From the NCBI GenBank assembly GCA_965207225.1, contig CBDBLV010000005.1, forward strand, positions 1,408,001-1,472,000: 64,000 bases of DNA, in the 5' to 3' direction. Position numbers and translations under genes: made by a program. This stretch comes from Dehalococcoidia bacterium. Lineage in GTDB: Bacteria; Chloroflexota; Dehalococcoidia; Plut-88900. The notes under the pieces were generated by a model. The model made no database searches. It had not been told where the DNA came from and saw only the letters and a program-made list of their open reading frames with translations. How positions within the stretch are numbered: position 1 is the stretch's first letter; each line of letters starts with the position of its first letter. This document shows positions 61,411-64,000 of this stretch, piece by piece.

Positions 61411-61442
61411 TTCTGCGGAGATTTAGAACATCGAGAGGTTGT

Positions 61443-62321
61443 ATGAACATTTCCACGCAAGTCCCTTCAGTCAATTTCCACCTGTGGAAGCCCTGCAACA
61501 TGAAATGCAGATTCTGCTTCGCTACCTTTCAAGATGTCGGACACCAGGTCCTACCTGAAGGACACCTTTCCCGTGAGGATTCCCTCGCGGTCGTGGAGAC
61601 TCTTGCTAAGGCCGGCTTCAGCAAAATCAATTTCGCCGGTGGGGAACCCATCCTTTGCCCATGGCTTCCTGATTTGATACGGCGAGCCCGAGAATTGGGG
61701 CTCACCACCTCCATGGTCACTAACGGCAGTTTCGTCACACCTGAATGGCTGGATCGTGTAGATGGCTGTCTGGATTGGGCGGCGGTAAGCATAGACACGG
61801 TGGACCCGGAAAAGTTGATACGCATTGGGAGAAGCACGCGGACCGGTCCAATGAGCGAGGCCGACTACCTGCGGGTCATGGATATGCTCAGACAGCGCGG
61901 CATACGGCTGAAGGTCAACACTGTGGTGACGAGGATCAACTACAATGAGAAGTTGGCTGGATTTATAGTCAAAGCGGGGCCGGAACGCTGGAAACTACTT
62001 CAAGTGCTGCCTGTCGGGGGCCAGAATGATGGATCGGTGGACAACATGTTGATAACCAGCGAAGAATTCGCCCGCTATGTAGCACGAAATCGATACGTGG
62101 AGTCCAGGGGCATTGTGGTGGTGCCGGAAAGCAATGACCTGATGACCGGCAGCTACGTGATGGTCGACCCGGCTGGACGCTTCTTCGACAATGTTGCCGG
62201 CACCCACGTCTACAGCCGCCCTATGAACCAGGTCGGCGTTCATGCTGCGCTGAGGGAGGTATTGATCGACACAGACAAGTTCGGGTTGCGGGGTGGTCTG
62301 TATGAGTGGCAACGAGCCTGA
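61443..62321 (+). CDS. pVip: Prokaryotic viperin (antiviral radical SAM enzyme)
   Basis: SVNFHLWKPCNMKCRFCFATF (CxxxCxxC), KINFAGGEP, VTNGS, KVNTVV, PERWKLLQVL, ESNDLMTGSYVMVDPAGRF, C-terminal RGGLYEW. Confidence 0.92.
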   Translation: MNISTQVPSVNFHLWKPCNMKCRFCFATFQDVGHQVLPEGHLSREDSLAVVETLAKAGFSKINFAGGEPILCPWLPDLIRRARELGLTTSMVTNGSFVTPEWLDRVDGCLDWAAVSIDTVDPEKLIRIGRSTRTGPMSEADYLRVMDMLRQRGIRLKVNTVVTRINYNEKLAGFIVKAGPERWKLLQVLPVGGQNDGSVDNMLITSEEFARYVARNRYVESRGIVVVPESNDLMTGSYVMVDPAGRFFDNVAGTHVYSRPMNQVGVHAALREVLIDTDKFGLRGGLYEWQRA

Positions 62322-64000
62322 AGCCGACATAACTGAACGCGAGGTCACACCCCGGCTTCCCACTAGCGGCCAGATACTGGGAGCAGTGGTCAAAAAACTG
62401 GGCATCAAACATGTCGAACTCCAGAGTAGAACAGCCCGCCGATTTTTCTCAGCCGATCCGGAATACCTCGTTAAGGACTCTTCCAGAGAAAAGATCATAG
62501 CAACGATCGCTGAAGTGCTAACTCGCTCCGGGCTGGTTGCATCGCCGCGGGAAGGCGCGGATGACTACAGGCAATCTGCGTTGGCCTCCATGCTCCGCTG
62601 GCATGCCGACCACTGGGACCTGCTGCGATCTTTCGTTCGTCGCAGGACAATGAGAGTCCTGCCCGGAAACTTGCCCAAGGTCTGGGAGGCATACGTCAGG
62701 CTCGCCATTATCGACCTTGCCCTTAGGGTAGCCGCCCACCTGCATCTCGCCGGCTCGTCCCCGGCAGCGCTGGATTTCCTCGCCTCGTCGAGCCACACAG
62801 GCCGAGGAGAATATCTCAACCAAAAGCGTCAGCAGACTTCCCTCTCTCTGGAGGAGTTTGCAGAGGCTGTGGGGGTAACAGACAACACCGTCGATGCCTG
62901 GATGTATCACGGGGCTCGGCCGTCCAGTGATAACCTTGCGAAGATAGCCGAGACGCTGGCTGACGAAATTGCAGATTCAAATTCAGCGGAAATTGCCCTT
63001 GAACTGCGGGCCCTGTACTGGGTCAGTGACGTCGTCGATCTGTTGTCCGAGCACATAGGAGACCGGGCTGCCGGCGAGGTCATCGGGCAATTGCGCCGGT
63101 ACGCTGAAGCAACCTATCGTGCAATCGAAGATCAGTTTCCAACCGAAAACCGGTCTGAAGACCTCATGGTGCTGGCGGACTTGGGAGTTGGCGCCCGCCT
63201 TGCGAAACCCCTGCTGTCTTCATTAATCCAACAGGAACAGGATGACGGTTGGCGGGAGGACCTTCGGGCCACCGGCATGGACTGGGTCCGCCGCGTCCTT
63301 TCGGTGAATCTGGGCGTTCACCTTGCCGAGGTGGATGACCTCATCCGGAAGACGGATGGGCGTCTTCTTGGGGACTGGGATGTTAGCAACCCCGAGGCTT
63401 ATGCCCATTACCGGCGTTCCCTGGAATTGCGGATGCAGGGGAGACTCCCCGAGGCCCTGGCCGAGGTCGAGATTGCTGCCCGGCTGGACCCTCTGGATCC
63501 GGCGAACCACTGTACGCTGGGGTCAGTGAAGACGGACATCGGCATTGCGAGTGAGGATACGGCCCTCATCAAAGAGGGCCTGAATGCGTTGTGGCTGGCG
63601 GTGACCCTTGACCCCAGCTGGAGCCTCCCATGGACCGAAATAGGCATAGTGTTGCACCATACCGGCAGGTCGGCGGAAGCGGTGGAGCACTTGCGAAACG
63701 TAAGTCCGGGATGCGGACGCCTGGATTCGAAATACCACAGCGCGTTGGGGGCTGCGTGCTGGAAGCTGGGTGAGCTGCCTGAAGCCCTGGCAGCTTTCGA
63801 GGTGTCACTCGAACTGGACCCTGAGGAGACCTCCGCTTTGCTAGCGGCATCAGAGCTCGCCTTGTTGATTGGCGACGACGAAAAGCACAGGCGGTATCTC
63901 AAAAAGGCCAGGCATTTCGGAGCAGACGAAGACACCCTCAGAGTTTGGGAACTGCTGCGGCGGTTCGGAGGGAAGGGTCAGGACAAGGCTGAAACGGCCG
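62302..64000 (+). CDS. XRE-HTH plus TPR-repeat protein, 3'-truncated by the window edge (absent from the ORF track)
   Basis: Hand translation is open from ATG 62302 to 64000 (at least 566 codons); HTH GEYLNQKRQQTSLSLEEFAEAVGVTDNTVDAWMYHGARPSSDNLAKIAETL; TPR-like GRLPEALAEVEIAARLDP, GRSAEAVEHL, GELPEALAAFEVSLELDP. Confidence 0.85.
   Translation, partial: MSGNEPEADITEREVTPRLPTSGQILGAVVKKLGIKHVELQSRTARRFFSADPEYLVKDSSREKIIATIAEVLTRSGLVASPREGADDYRQSALASMLRWHADHWDLLRSFVRRRTMRVLPGNLPKVWEAYVRLAIIDLALRVAAHLHLAGSSPAALDFLASSSHTGRGEYLNQKRQQTSLSLEEFAEAVGVTDNTVDAWMYHGARPSSDNLAKIAETLADEIADSNSAEIALELRALYWVSDVVDLLSEHIGDRAAGEVIGQLRRYAEATYRAIEDQFPTENRSEDLMVLADLGVGARLAKPLLSSLIQQEQDDGWREDLRATGMDWVRRVLSVNLGVHLAEVDDLIRKTDGRLLGDWDVSNPEAYAHYRRSLELRMQGRLPEALAEVEIAARLDPLDPANHCTLGSVKTDIGIASEDTALIKEGLNALWLAVTLDPSWSLPWTEIGIVLHHTGRSAEAVEHLRNVSPGCGRLDSKYHSALGAACWKLGELPEALAAFEVSLELDPEETSALLAASELALLIGDDEKHRRYLKKARHFGADEDTLRVWELLRRFGGKGQDKAETA

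Noticed and set aside
61995-63935. Minus-strand ORFs listed in the last 2 kb
   Set aside because: They are shadows of viperin and of the plus-strand HTH-TPR ORF starting at 62302.

Overview
The window has two halves. 1-23.5 kb is a housekeeping block whose gene content and order look like a Dehalococcoidia/SAR202-type Chloroflexota (inference): nnrD (partial), a vapBC toxin-antitoxin pair, coaX-coaBC, an MFS transporter, metF/folD, a sigma-70 factor, aspS, tig-clpP-clpX, two enoyl-CoA hydratases, purN, efp, an Xaa-Pro peptidase, aroQ, xerC, topA and dprA. From about 23.6 kb to the end is an accessory, partly decayed region. It holds (i) a Sup-type polyketide cluster (PKS, ACP, PPTase, hydrolase) whose PKS 5' end is fused in frame to a truncated exonuclease-RecQ-UvrD helicase and carries one nonsense codon; (ii) an Upf1-like helicase-DUF559 nuclease and other defence-like ORFs; (iii) a single-polypeptide sensor-regulator (DosS-like heme GAF, PAS, His kinase, REC, OmpR-type wHTH) next to a 125-bp promoter element with five phased TTCAC boxes that occurs twice, in a tract of orphan secreted/lipoprotein genes; (iv) a dead IS6-like transposase; (v) a promoter-driven structured leader; and (vi) a prokaryotic viperin overlapping a large XRE-HTH/TPR gene that the ORF track missed because it runs off the window. 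No rRNA, intact tRNA or CRISPR array was seen. All calls come from reading motifs by eye; no database search was run.
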